Virus record (IMG/VR): IMGVR_UViG_3300019742_000002
Coordinates: 27,724 to 91,723 of that record
Source of the DNA: a virus
Strand: one strand, 5' to 3'
Length of the DNA: 64,000 nt
A model generated the notes under the pieces. The model was not told where the DNA came from. It worked only from the letters and a program-made list of their open reading frames with translations, and made no database searches. Numbering within the stretch: position 1 is the first letter of the stretch; every line of letters begins with the position of its first letter. The position numbers and the translations under genes were made by a program. This document shows positions 43,683 to 52,446 of the stretch, one piece after another.

Positions 43683-44377
43683 CGTTCTCCTTTATTTGTG
43701 AAATGGTAAAAACTATCTAAAAATTCTTTGTATATATATTTATCTCTTAGATTAAAAAAGATAAAAGCAGATGTAGATGTATATTTGTCAGTTTCTTGTG
43801 GTTGAGAAACACAAAAGTTTAAATTCACAATAAACCTAAGCTTATCCTCTTCTTCCTTAACACTCGCTATACAATTTGGATTAATATAGCTATGATTTGG
43901 GTCGAATGGTCTAAACCAATCTTGACATATATCATCTATATTAGATTTAACCTCGTTGAACTCTTCGTTAGAATCCATAAAGATAAACTCATAATCAGGA
44001 ATTATATCCTCGTCTCTTGATTTGATAGAGTAGTTATAGTTAAATGTAATCTTATTTCTATCACTTTTGAATTTGATTGAGCTTATATTTTTTAAATTTA
44101 TATAATCAGCTTTAGGGCTATTAACTTTTAAAAAACTATCACCTAAATTATCTTTTATATAATTAATCATTTCATCAAATTCTTTTTGATTACTAGCTCT
44201 CCAAAAAATTGAATCTGCTTTTTCTATATTATTTTGTTTAATGGAATAATTCATACTGAATTTTATTTTTCTTGATTTTATAAGTGCCGTAATTGGGTCT
44301 TTCTCTACAAAGATACTTAATCTTGAAACAGCATCCAAATTTACCACTCTATTGTTTTTGTATTTAACGATATTCAT
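43670..44377 (-). CDS. hypothetical protein with three ~75-aa internal repeats
   Basis: (V/I)N(L/P)xxxxxx...(K/R)xxFxxNYS/NFC repeated three times. Confidence 0.7.
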   Translation of the reverse strand: MNIVKYKNNRVVNLDAVSRLSIFVEKDPITALIKSRKIKFSMNYSIKQNNIEKADSIFWRASNQKEFDEMINYIKDNLGDSFLKVNSPKADYINLKNISSIKFKSDRNKITFNYNYSIKSRDEDIIPDYEFIFMDSNEEFNEVKSNIDDICQDWFRPFDPNHSYINPNCIASVKEEEDKLRFIVNLNFCVSQPQETDKYTSTSAFIFFNLRDKYIYKEFLDSFYHFTNKGERWTN

Positions 44378-44387
44378 TTTAATCCTT

Positions 44388-44702
44388 TTATATAATATTT
44401 TGACTTCTATAATAATTTATTGAGTCATTGAGAGTTTCTTTTTCTGATGAATCCCCACTAAAAGCTATATCATAGATATAGTCATCTATACATTTATTAT
44501 TGTGATGAGATTTTATAAACTCTTCAAAATCATCATACAACCAATATTCTAGTCTATCTTTTATACCTTCATTCACAAACATTTCAAATACTTTCGTAAA
44601 AACAAATGAATTATCTTTTTGAAGTATTTCCTGTATTAGTTTAATTTGTTGGAACTCATCGAATTCCTCTAAAACCTTTTCTCTTGTTTCTTTTACTTGC
44701 AT
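44388..44702 (-). CDS. hypothetical protein directly downstream of the ncRNA units
   Basis: AAGGAG RBS preceded by a 21-bp hairpin. Confidence 0.65.
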   Translation of the reverse strand: MQVKETREKVLEEFDEFQQIKLIQEILQKDNSFVFTKVFEMFVNEGIKDRLEYWLYDDFEEFIKSHHNNKCIDDYIYDIAFSGDSSEKETLNDSINYYRSQNII

Positions 44703-44714
44703 CTTTCTCCTTTT

Positions 44715-44774
44715 AATATTTAATAAATAAAGAACCTATTTTGAAGTAATGTAGTTCTTTATTTATTAAATATT
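44715..44774. other. 21-bp perfect hairpin (terminator or processing site)
   Basis: AATATTTAATAAATAAAGAAC...GTTCTTTATTTATTAAATATT. Confidence 0.7.
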
Positions 44775-44782
44775 TATAGCTT

Positions 44783-44892
44783 ATGAAGTGTACAAAAATA
44801 CTTTAGTTGTTAGTATTCCAAAAACATATAGCATTTGTATTATATATGGTCGATTCGACACAATTACAAATACTGAAAAATCTACACTTCAT
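44783..44892 (-). ncRNA. retron-like msr/msd ncRNA, unit 2
   Basis: 10-bp terminal IR ATGAAGTGTA/TACACTTCAT, followed by GATT, stem capped by GTGTCGAATCGACC, short msd-like hairpin. Confidence 0.65.
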
Positions 44893-44910
44893 TAACTAAA
44901 GGATATAAAA

Positions 44911-45103
44911 TATAAACCCTTAAAGATGATTACACTTTGTTTCGAGGATGTGGTTATATCCTGTAATCTTGTAGATTTCTGCTCTTGGAAATCTACAAGA
45001 TTTATGTACTAACATTATAAAAGGTCGATTCAACACTCTAGCTATGTACTTTCTTGTATGTAAAATACAGAAATTAATCTGTAATCATCTTTAAAGGTTT
45101 ATA
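44911..45103 (-). ncRNA. retron-like msr/msd ncRNA, unit 1
   Basis: ~23-bp terminal IR, followed by GATT, two stems incl. GTGTTGAATCGACC, 15-bp msd-like hairpin AATCTTGTAGATTTC/GAAATCTACAAGATT; no ORF. Confidence 0.75.
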
Positions 45104-45120
45104 TCCTTTTTTATGTTATA

Positions 45121-45143
45121 ATTTTACTATAACTTTACTTAAA
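45121..45143 (-). promoter_or_regulatory. early-type promoter driving the ncRNA units
   Basis: TTTAAG-N11-TAAAAT, a variant of the recurrent TTTAAG..TATAAT motif. Confidence 0.55.
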
Positions 45144-45154
45144 ATATTCTAAAT

Positions 45155-45460
45155 TTACAACTCTTCTATGTAAATATTTTCTAAAGCCTCATCAAACATA
45201 TCATTGATACATTTTATATGTTCTTGTCTATTTCTTTCAATTAGTTTAAGCTTTTTAGTTAAGGCTTCCTCCTTATTGGTAAATAAATAAGAAGCTTTTA
45301 GAATTGTATCATAGTCTCTAGTGTTTTGAGAGCTATCAACCAAATTTTTGTCATTATATGTATATATTTTAATACAACTATTTATATGAGGTAATCCTAC
45401 ACTATTTCTACAAGGTTCATTATTCCTAAATATTCCATATATTATTGTTCCATTTTTCAA
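45155..45460 (-). CDS. hypothetical protein
   Basis: ORF between RT and ncRNAs. Confidence 0.55.
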   Translation of the reverse strand: MKNGTIIYGIFRNNEPCRNSVGLPHINSCIKIYTYNDKNLVDSSQNTRDYDTILKASYLFTNKEEALTKKLKLIERNRQEHIKCINDMFDEALENIYIEEL

Positions 45461-45472
45461 GATTTAATCCTT

Positions 45473-45799
45473 TTATTTATAGTCTTTATATACCTTACTT
45501 GTATAATTTGTTTCTACTGATATTGAGTAATTACCTAAATCGACATAACAACCATCTTCATCGTATGACTCTGCAAGAAAACCATAAACATCACAGCCAA
45601 AATAATGTGCTAGTAGTTCATCTTTCCTACCCAGTGTTATTCGTATGTAACAATATTCGTATAATTTATATAGTAAATCATCCTTATCTTTGTATTCAAA
45701 CTCAATTCTCACTTTTTCTTGGTACTGTTTAATTTCTTTATTATCTAGTAGTAGATAAAAGTCTGAGTCTGTTCCTATTGTTAGTAATGCTCTTTTCAT
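45473..45799 (-). CDS. hypothetical protein
   Basis: ORF with own promoter/RBS cassette. Confidence 0.65.
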   Translation of the reverse strand: MKRALLTIGTDSDFYLLLDNKEIKQYQEKVRIEFEYKDKDDLLYKLYEYCYIRITLGRKDELLAHYFGCDVYGFLAESYDEDGCYVDLGNYSISVETNYTSKVYKDYK

Positions 45800-46041
45800 T
45801 TTAAATCCTTTGTTTTAATATTCTAATTATAGCTAATTAAACTTAATATAAGCTTAATTGTTTATAGTAATCCACCACTTTTCATTTCAAAAACTGATAC
45901 AGTTCCATATATACTATTAGCATACTCAATAATACCTTTAAGAGCTTTTTGTTTTGTAGTAAATGGTATATCTATAACTCTAATATCATTTAAATTATAT
46001 ACTACCTCTATTTATTAAACTAAGCAAATATATCTATTATG

Positions 46042-46389
46042 TTATGACATTATTACTTTTTTATTTTCATTGTATATACTAAGTGTTGTCTTTAAGATTA
46101 AGTTCCAGTTATTTTTATTCGTTTTTATATTAAACTTTTTATATTTTTTAATATATTTAACACATATATCCTTAATAAAATAATCAACAGGACAACTTCC
46201 GTCTGCCATTCCCCAAAACCTATCATGATATGATTTATCGCCAACATATTGAATAAATCCTTTGTCATAAGGGGCTATCCTAATATAACCATATTCCACA
46301 TCTAATAATTCTTTCATTAGTTCAATAGGTAAAAATACTTTTTTTAATTTTATACCTTTAGTTTCGTACATTATACATTCACTCATCAT
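46042..46389 (-). CDS. hypothetical protein
   Basis: ORF with own promoter/RBS cassette. Confidence 0.65.
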   Translation of the reverse strand: MMSECIMYETKGIKLKKVFLPIELMKELLDVEYGYIRIAPYDKGFIQYVGDKSYHDRFWGMADGSCPVDYFIKDICVKYIKKYKKFNIKTNKNNWNLILKTTLSIYNENKKVIMS

Positions 46390-46441
46390 CTAATCCTTTG
46401 TTTTAATATTCTAATTATAGCTAATTAAACTTAATATAAGC

Positions 46442-47491
46442 TTAATTATTTGATTGATTTTTCCAATTTGTTAATCCACCTAAAGATGAGTTATTAGATT
46501 GATGTTTTGATGCTCGTATCTTTCTCATAATCTTTCTAGTAGCTTGTGTATTTTTATCTCCTACATTTATACCCAAGATTCTTCTAAATCCATACTTAGC
46601 ATATCGTATTCTAGTTTTAGATTTATTAATACTTAAGCCAAAATTATTAAATACATTTGATACTATTTCTATAAGATTATTAATATCTTCGTGGTTTTCG
46701 GTATTTGTGCTTAATTGAATATCATCAGCATAAATAGTCAATTTAAAACTTATATCTAAATCTTTATGATAATATACCAAAATAGGCACTAGAATATCTA
46801 AAATAGGCACAAGTGATATATTAGCTAACATAGGACTTGTAACAAATCCTTGGGCTGTTCTTTCATCATCTACTGTAAAACATTCATCAAAGTTTTTATA
46901 ATCTTTGATGGGTTTAAAAGCTTTATTATCTTTATGAATAGAATCAAAGAAGTTACTTATATCCATCATAATTGTACTTTTAAAACCTATATGTTCTTTG
47001 GCACAAGTAACTGGACTTTTATTTTTAAGAAAACCATGCAAAAGATTTTTATTAGGACTTTCAAGGTTATTGAAGTAAGTATATAGTTGTTTCAACATAC
47101 CTCTTTGAGTCTTTTTAAGTTCTTTTGATGGAATACATATAGTTCTAAATCCTTTTCTCTTCTTTGGTATTTTAGATTCTTTGTATTTTTTGGTTGGTGT
47201 TGGTTTTAAATTTGGTGAAATATCTTCAAATAAATCTTCATACTTAACTTCTTTACAATTTTTGAAGTTTTCTGCATTTATACTCCAATTAAAAAACCAA
47301 CTTTCTTTACATCCATCATCAAATATAAAACACCTATCACAAGGAATTTTTGAATGGTCGTAAGAACATCCCACAAATTCGCATAACCTTATATACTTCT
47401 CTTGTGTCCACTCACCATTACTATAAAAAGCAAGATTTCTAATCTCACCTTTACTATTTCTTAATTTTTCTAATTCTTCTTTTAAAGTCAT
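46442..47491 (-). CDS. retron-type reverse transcriptase with N-terminal ~90-aa repeat domain
   Basis: KIPKKRKGFRTICIPSKELKKTQR, HGF..CAKEH (NAxxH region X), DISNFFDSI, QGFVTSPMLANI, YADD, INKSKTR, RILGINV (VTG-like region Y); start at MTLKEE behind AAGGA. Confidence 0.9.
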   Translation of the reverse strand: MTLKEELEKLRNSKGEIRNLAFYSNGEWTQEKYIRLCEFVGCSYDHSKIPCDRCFIFDDGCKESWFFNWSINAENFKNCKEVKYEDLFEDISPNLKPTPTKKYKESKIPKKRKGFRTICIPSKELKKTQRGMLKQLYTYFNNLESPNKNLLHGFLKNKSPVTCAKEHIGFKSTIMMDISNFFDSIHKDNKAFKPIKDYKNFDECFTVDDERTAQGFVTSPMLANISLVPILDILVPILVYYHKDLDISFKLTIYADDIQLSTNTENHEDINNLIEIVSNVFNNFGLSINKSKTRIRYAKYGFRRILGINVGDKNTQATRKIMRKIRASKHQSNNSSLGGLTNWKNQSNN

Positions 47492-47492
47492 C

Positions 47493-48260
47493 CTATAATC
47501 CTTTATATTTCCATCTAAAACCATAAGCAGTATACTTATTAATATCCTTCAATGCTTTTGAAATCCCCACATAAGAGGAGGAAGGTAATTTCAATTCCTT
47601 TCCTGCTTCCGTCATATTTTTAAATTCGTTTAAAACCTCTAAAGAATCTTTATCAAGTTGTAGTATTTCTAACCCAACTCTCTTAGAATATGATTTTTTA
47701 GCCTCTATAAATCTAGTATTATGTAAATCATCGGTAACTTCATCCATAAATATAAAGAAATATTCCCCTACAGTCTTTTGTTTTGTATTTCCTCTAGCTA
47801 CACTAGATATATTAGCCCTATTTAAACCCAATACCCTAGATGCTTGGGAGGCACTAACATACGAATTTAGAAATTTTCCGGTATTGACACAATACTGGTT
47901 TAAAGGTTTAAGCTGTACTCCATATCCATCTTTTCTTGCTTGGTTACCATTTTCATTATTTTCTTTCCATGTCATTAGCTGTATATTGTCGAATGAGTAG
48001 TGTTTATTATTATCTAATCTGTCAAAAGACGGTCTTAAATTTTGCTCAAAACCTGAGTCCTTCCAGTTATTATAAAGTCTAATAAATAAATCACTATCTA
48101 AAAACGTAACTAGTAACTCATTAATTGTATAATCGGGTAGAGGGTGACCTCTTTGCATACTTTTCCTCTCTTGGGATTTAAATAAATCTTTTAGTAATCC
48201 CTCTGGTCTATATTTACCTATTCTTAAAATTAAATTCTCCAGCTTTTGTTCCCTATTCAT
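47493..48260 (-). CDS. HNH-like homing endonuclease with NUMOD-type DNA-binding repeats
   Basis: PSFDRLDNNKHYSFDNIQLMTWKEN; two [SY/EF]xSxxxAxxxL...G(Y)xF/W modules. Confidence 0.8.
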   Translation of the reverse strand: MNREQKLENLILRIGKYRPEGLLKDLFKSQERKSMQRGHPLPDYTINELLVTFLDSDLFIRLYNNWKDSGFEQNLRPSFDRLDNNKHYSFDNIQLMTWKENNENGNQARKDGYGVQLKPLNQYCVNTGKFLNSYVSASQASRVLGLNRANISSVARGNTKQKTVGEYFFIFMDEVTDDLHNTRFIEAKKSYSKRVGLEILQLDKDSLEVLNEFKNMTEAGKELKLPSSSYVGISKALKDINKYTAYGFRWKYKGL

Positions 48261-48307
48261 AATCACCTCTTTTATATTATTTATATACATGGTTTATAAC
48301 ATAAATC

Positions 48308-49120
48308 CTACTTTAACAACCTAGGTTTTCTTCTCTTAACCTTAGTTAAAATCTCATCAATTTCTTTATCAAGATTAAAATCAGCTATAGAAACTGTATT
48401 TTTGGGATTACCTACCATTGCCTCAGCATCAGAAATCATTTCATAGGATGCCCATCCAAAAGTTCTTTTGGAATTTGATGTAAAAAATAGAAATTCTTTA
48501 GGTTTTATAGGCATTCTAAACTTCTTTAAATTATAGGAATAACAAGTATTAGATGGTTTACCTGATACATGGTTCACAACATACACCCTCATACCAATAA
48601 CCTTAGATAAAGCCGATACAAGTGCAAATAAAGCATAAGAATTATTCCTTATAGTTGAGTTACTAACCTCCCAACTATAACTAAGGTTAATATAAATATC
48701 GTGGAATAATTTAGAATCATCATAGGTAGAGTTTTTGAAATAACAATCTCTTCTACCCAACATAGCTCTAGTTTTACTCATCATTCCTGTATTCTCAGTT
48801 GAAAACTCTACATTGCCATATAAAAGAGATGTTTTAAATCCTCTTGCTATTAGTTTAGATTTTACTTTTTTAGCTACATCATCATATAACTTATCATAAT
48901 TTGAATCTTTTTCGTCTAATTTCTTATAAGCTTTTATACCCTCTTCAATATAAAATTTACCCTCTTGATTAGCTAACTCTTTATTAGCTATAATAGTATC
49001 CATAAAATCAATTGGATTCTCAAAATGGTTATATATTGTATTATTTGTCCATCTTGTATCAGTACAACCCTCTAAAATTTTAGGTACTTCATTAGGTTTT
49101 GTGTTTAATTTTTGAATCAT
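48308..49120 (-). CDS. vWA-like partner of MoxR ATPase
   Basis: Directly follows the AAA gene; DIYINLSYSWEV resembles a degenerate MIDAS strand. Confidence 0.5.
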   Translation of the reverse strand: MIQKLNTKPNEVPKILEGCTDTRWTNNTIYNHFENPIDFMDTIIANKELANQEGKFYIEEGIKAYKKLDEKDSNYDKLYDDVAKKVKSKLIARGFKTSLLYGNVEFSTENTGMMSKTRAMLGRRDCYFKNSTYDDSKLFHDIYINLSYSWEVSNSTIRNNSYALFALVSALSKVIGMRVYVVNHVSGKPSNTCYSYNLKKFRMPIKPKEFLFFTSNSKRTFGWASYEMISDAEAMVGNPKNTVSIADFNLDKEIDEILTKVKRRKPRLLK

Positions 49121-49172
49121 TCTCTATTCCTTTTTATTTATTATATATAATATTTACTTAAATCCTCTTTAA

Positions 49173-51587
49173 TTATGAATTAAATATATCCATATCTTCA
49201 AAAAGCATATTATAATCATTCAACTCTTTAGATATAATCAAATTATCTACAATTCTCTCAACATCTCTAGGAGGTAAATCTTTAAATTTGACATTAGATT
49301 TAGTATTAACCAATTCCTTAGCTTCAAGAATATTATCTAATCCATATCTAATAGCTAGATGAGGTTCTTTAAGATTATAAATAACAACTTGAAACCTTGC
49401 TATGGTTGCTTTATCCATTGGACTTCTTGCATTATAATCCTCCGAATAAGTAAGAGTATTTGCTGTAGCAATTAACCTAAAATTAGAATGAACATTAACT
49501 AACTTATCAGGAAATTGTACTGTATCTTTTTTCAATCCATTTAATATTAATAGAGTATTAGGATTACAAGCATCTATTTCATCAAAGATATAAACTTTAC
49601 CATTTTCTACAGCGTCTCTAAGTAGAGGTGATTTATATTCAAGAGTAGTAAAGCTAAAGAAACCTTCTAAATCATCTTTAGTAATTTGAGCATTACCTTT
49701 TTCAATAACATACTCCATATTTTTATCTTTGGCATAATCTATTGCTAAATTTGTTTTACCACTTCCTGAATCACCTACTAACATTACCCATTCTTTTCTT
49801 TTAATTTTTAAAGGATGGTCTAACATTACCTTTACTTTTCTAAGAATTTCTTTATCTTTTGCCTCTAAATCTTGAATATCTATAGAATACTTTTTAGAAA
49901 TATTTGATAACTCATAGGAATATTCTAAAATATTTTCATTTTTCTTTTTAGCTGTTTTAAATTTAGTTTCAAAAGATTCCTTAGAATATATAGTATTATC
50001 TACCATAACATTACCACAAGAATAGTAAGTAGGTTCAATAATATAATCAGTTTTTCTGCCAAATATTCTAATAATTTCATCGTCTTTTATATTACTTGAT
50101 GTAGTTTTATAAGATTTCGAGTTAATTCTTATTACTATATCGGTATATATTTTATTATCTTTTAGGTATACAACTACATCACCTGTACTAATCTTATTCT
50201 TTTCATACACCAACCAACAATCTTCTTGATTCATAATAGATTTTTTAAATTCTTGAATAAGTCTAATATCATTTTCTGAAATAATCAAATCACCTTCATT
50301 AATTTTGTTGAGATTTTTCATCTTTGGTTTTGGGTTTTTCCAACTAGTTTGAATGATAGAAATTTTAAGTAAATTTTTGGAAGATTTTTGTTTGATTTCT
50401 TCTATGTCTAACGGAATGTCTTTAACTATATTACTAAGGTCATCTTCTTGGGTGTCTTTTGTGGTTTGTTTTGTGTTAAATATATCTTCATAAGCTACTT
50501 GTTTAAGGTTTGGGAAATTAGAATGGTGTTCTTGAATATTCCAACTAAAATATGTATTCCTATACTCACTATAGAATATCCACTTAATGCTTATATCTAA
50601 TCCTTTAGAAAACTCTACAGTTTTAGTAAATGTTAATATATTTTTATACTCACTATCCGTCCAATCTTCACCAGATTTCTTATAGAAAGCTAAATCTTTA
50701 ATTTTGCCATCTTTATCTCGTAACTCTTCTAACTCTTCTCTTAGTGAATTTGTAGTTGTCATATTTAATCCTTTTTCGTTTATTATGTCTTTTAGGTAGA
50801 AAATATTATAATTGTTTGCTATGTAACTTACATCTTTTGATGTAGTTCTTAATGTGTTATTTACTCCAATAAATATATATTTATTACTAAAATTATATTC
50901 CCATACGCTTTGACCACTAGACCACCTAAAACCATTCTCATCTAAAAGTTTTAAAATTATATTCTTATCTTCTTCATTATCCCAAGTTATACAAATTTTG
51001 TTATCTTTAGTCCAATTTAACAATTCTTTTTTAAGAGTATATGTATTTTGAGTAGGAACTAAAGGTTTTGGTTTCTTTGAGTACAGTTCTAGGAAATCTT
51101 TTGGTGTGATTAGTTTTGTATCTTCAAGAGGTATAGTATTAGTATTTAGTTTAGTTTCTATATTAAATGTTCTAAAATATTGAAATGATTTACTACCACT
51201 CCACCAATATACACCATTCCCAAAACAACATTCTTGAACCTCTTTGGATTCATTTTCGGTAAGATTTTCTAGTCTAAACTTTCTATCTTTTAATGGGATT
51301 ATGTTAATTTGTGATGATTCAAAAACATCTTCATATCTAACTTTTCTACAATTTTTGAAGTTATCATCACCTTTATTCCAATTATAAAACCAACCATGCT
51401 CTGAATTATTATCAAAGATATATTCTCCTTTACACAAATTTTCAGGTAAAAATCTACCCTTATCACCTATAAATTTATGTACCATTTTGATATTCTCATT
51501 AGTCCACTCACCATCACTATAAAAAGCAAGATTTCTAATCTCACCTTTACTATTTCTTAATTTTTCCAATTCTTCTTTTAAAGTCAT
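49173..51587 (-). CDS. multi-domain protein with C-terminal MoxR/CbbQ-type AAA+ ATPase
   Basis: GDSGSGKT, IFDEIDA, HSNFRLIATANT, MDKATIARF; N-terminal half is tandem small domains, two homologous to the RT N-terminus. Confidence 0.88.
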   Translation of the reverse strand: MTLKEELEKLRNSKGEIRNLAFYSDGEWTNENIKMVHKFIGDKGRFLPENLCKGEYIFDNNSEHGWFYNWNKGDDNFKNCRKVRYEDVFESSQINIIPLKDRKFRLENLTENESKEVQECCFGNGVYWWSGSKSFQYFRTFNIETKLNTNTIPLEDTKLITPKDFLELYSKKPKPLVPTQNTYTLKKELLNWTKDNKICITWDNEEDKNIILKLLDENGFRWSSGQSVWEYNFSNKYIFIGVNNTLRTTSKDVSYIANNYNIFYLKDIINEKGLNMTTTNSLREELEELRDKDGKIKDLAFYKKSGEDWTDSEYKNILTFTKTVEFSKGLDISIKWIFYSEYRNTYFSWNIQEHHSNFPNLKQVAYEDIFNTKQTTKDTQEDDLSNIVKDIPLDIEEIKQKSSKNLLKISIIQTSWKNPKPKMKNLNKINEGDLIISENDIRLIQEFKKSIMNQEDCWLVYEKNKISTGDVVVYLKDNKIYTDIVIRINSKSYKTTSSNIKDDEIIRIFGRKTDYIIEPTYYSCGNVMVDNTIYSKESFETKFKTAKKKNENILEYSYELSNISKKYSIDIQDLEAKDKEILRKVKVMLDHPLKIKRKEWVMLVGDSGSGKTNLAIDYAKDKNMEYVIEKGNAQITKDDLEGFFSFTTLEYKSPLLRDAVENGKVYIFDEIDACNPNTLLILNGLKKDTVQFPDKLVNVHSNFRLIATANTLTYSEDYNARSPMDKATIARFQVVIYNLKEPHLAIRYGLDNILEAKELVNTKSNVKFKDLPPRDVERIVDNLIISKELNDYNMLFEDMDIFNS

Positions 51588-51677
51588 ATTCAATCCTTTT
51601 TATTAATTTTTATATTAATCTACCGAAATATTCTAATATAAAAATTAATACCAACCCAAAAGAGGGTTGATAGTTTT

Positions 51678-52058
51678 CTAAAGTAATCCACCAATAGGTT
51701 TATTTATTCCTGAAATATTTCTAAGGACAGCATTACTTGCAATGATATTAGCAGTTTCTTGAATAAGAATTTTTTGAGCTAATTCTTCACCTAGTTTTAG
51801 AGTCATAGAATCAATATCTACATTCTCAACAGCATTAAGAACATTAACATATTCAGCTCTAATAAATTCCCATTTTGATTCTTCATCTAAAATAGAAACA
51901 CTCATTGCCCCGTAAGCTGTTTCAACTTTTGGTGATTTTGGTGTAATCTCAATTCCATCAATTTTAGAAATTTCTACAGCTTCTTGAACTACATTGATTA
52001 CAGCCTCTAGGTCTTTTGTTTGGATAGCTTCAGTTAGTGATTTGTTAGTTTTAGACAT
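51678..52058 (-). CDS. hypothetical protein upstream of AAA gene
   Basis: AAGGAG RBS; followed by CAACCC-AAAAGA-GGGTTG hairpin. Confidence 0.7.
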   Translation of the reverse strand: MSKTNKSLTEAIQTKDLEAVINVVQEAVEISKIDGIEITPKSPKVETAYGAMSVSILDEESKWEFIRAEYVNVLNAVENVDIDSMTLKLGEELAQKILIQETANIIASNAVLRNISGINKPIGGLL

Positions 52059-52446
52059 TTAAGTCTCCTTTTGTTTTTGTTTTTGAGTATTTGAACTCTT
52101 ATTGGTATTATATCTAAAAGTTACTTAAATGTAACTTAAACCTCTTTAAAATCTTTTAGGATATTTTAACTCATTTTTAATCCTTTATGTTTTGATATTT
52201 AGATTATATAGTAAGTTAGCTTAAATCTTACTTAAATATATAATCTTTTATGAATTTATTTTTACTGATTTATATGTCATAAAATTTATTTGTAAATTAG
52301 TAACAGTTTTATCGTATTCTATAATATCTTTTTTACTTAATTTAACTCTTCTTTTAAGTAATACCTAGTCTTGTGTTGCCATTTTAAATCCTTTGTTTGT
52401 TTTGATACTCTAATTATAGCCATCTAAACTTAAAAATAAAATAAAA

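Noticed and set aside
44985-45002. Similarity of msd-like arm (ATCTACAAGATT) to the dispersed element TIR (ATCTACGATT)
   Set aside because: Short, gapped match in AT-rich DNA; insufficient to link RT products to the repeats.
44780-45003. Cas12a-like CRISPR repeat fragments (AAGTGTAGAT, TTGTAGAT)
   Set aside because: They lack the upstream TTTCTAC stem, repeat-spacer periodicity and cas genes; coincidental.
46442-47491. Group II intron RT
   Set aside because: The protein ends shortly after RT domain 7 with no maturase or endonuclease domain; no domain V/VI structure or interrupted host gene seen.
47200-51587. Diversity-generating retroelement (TR/VR pair formed by the duplicated N-terminal domain)
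   Set aside because: The two mismatches in the first ~85 nt are A/G, but the remainder diverges at all bases with indels. Both copies are coding N-termini, the RT motifs are retron-like, and there is no Avd-like gene.
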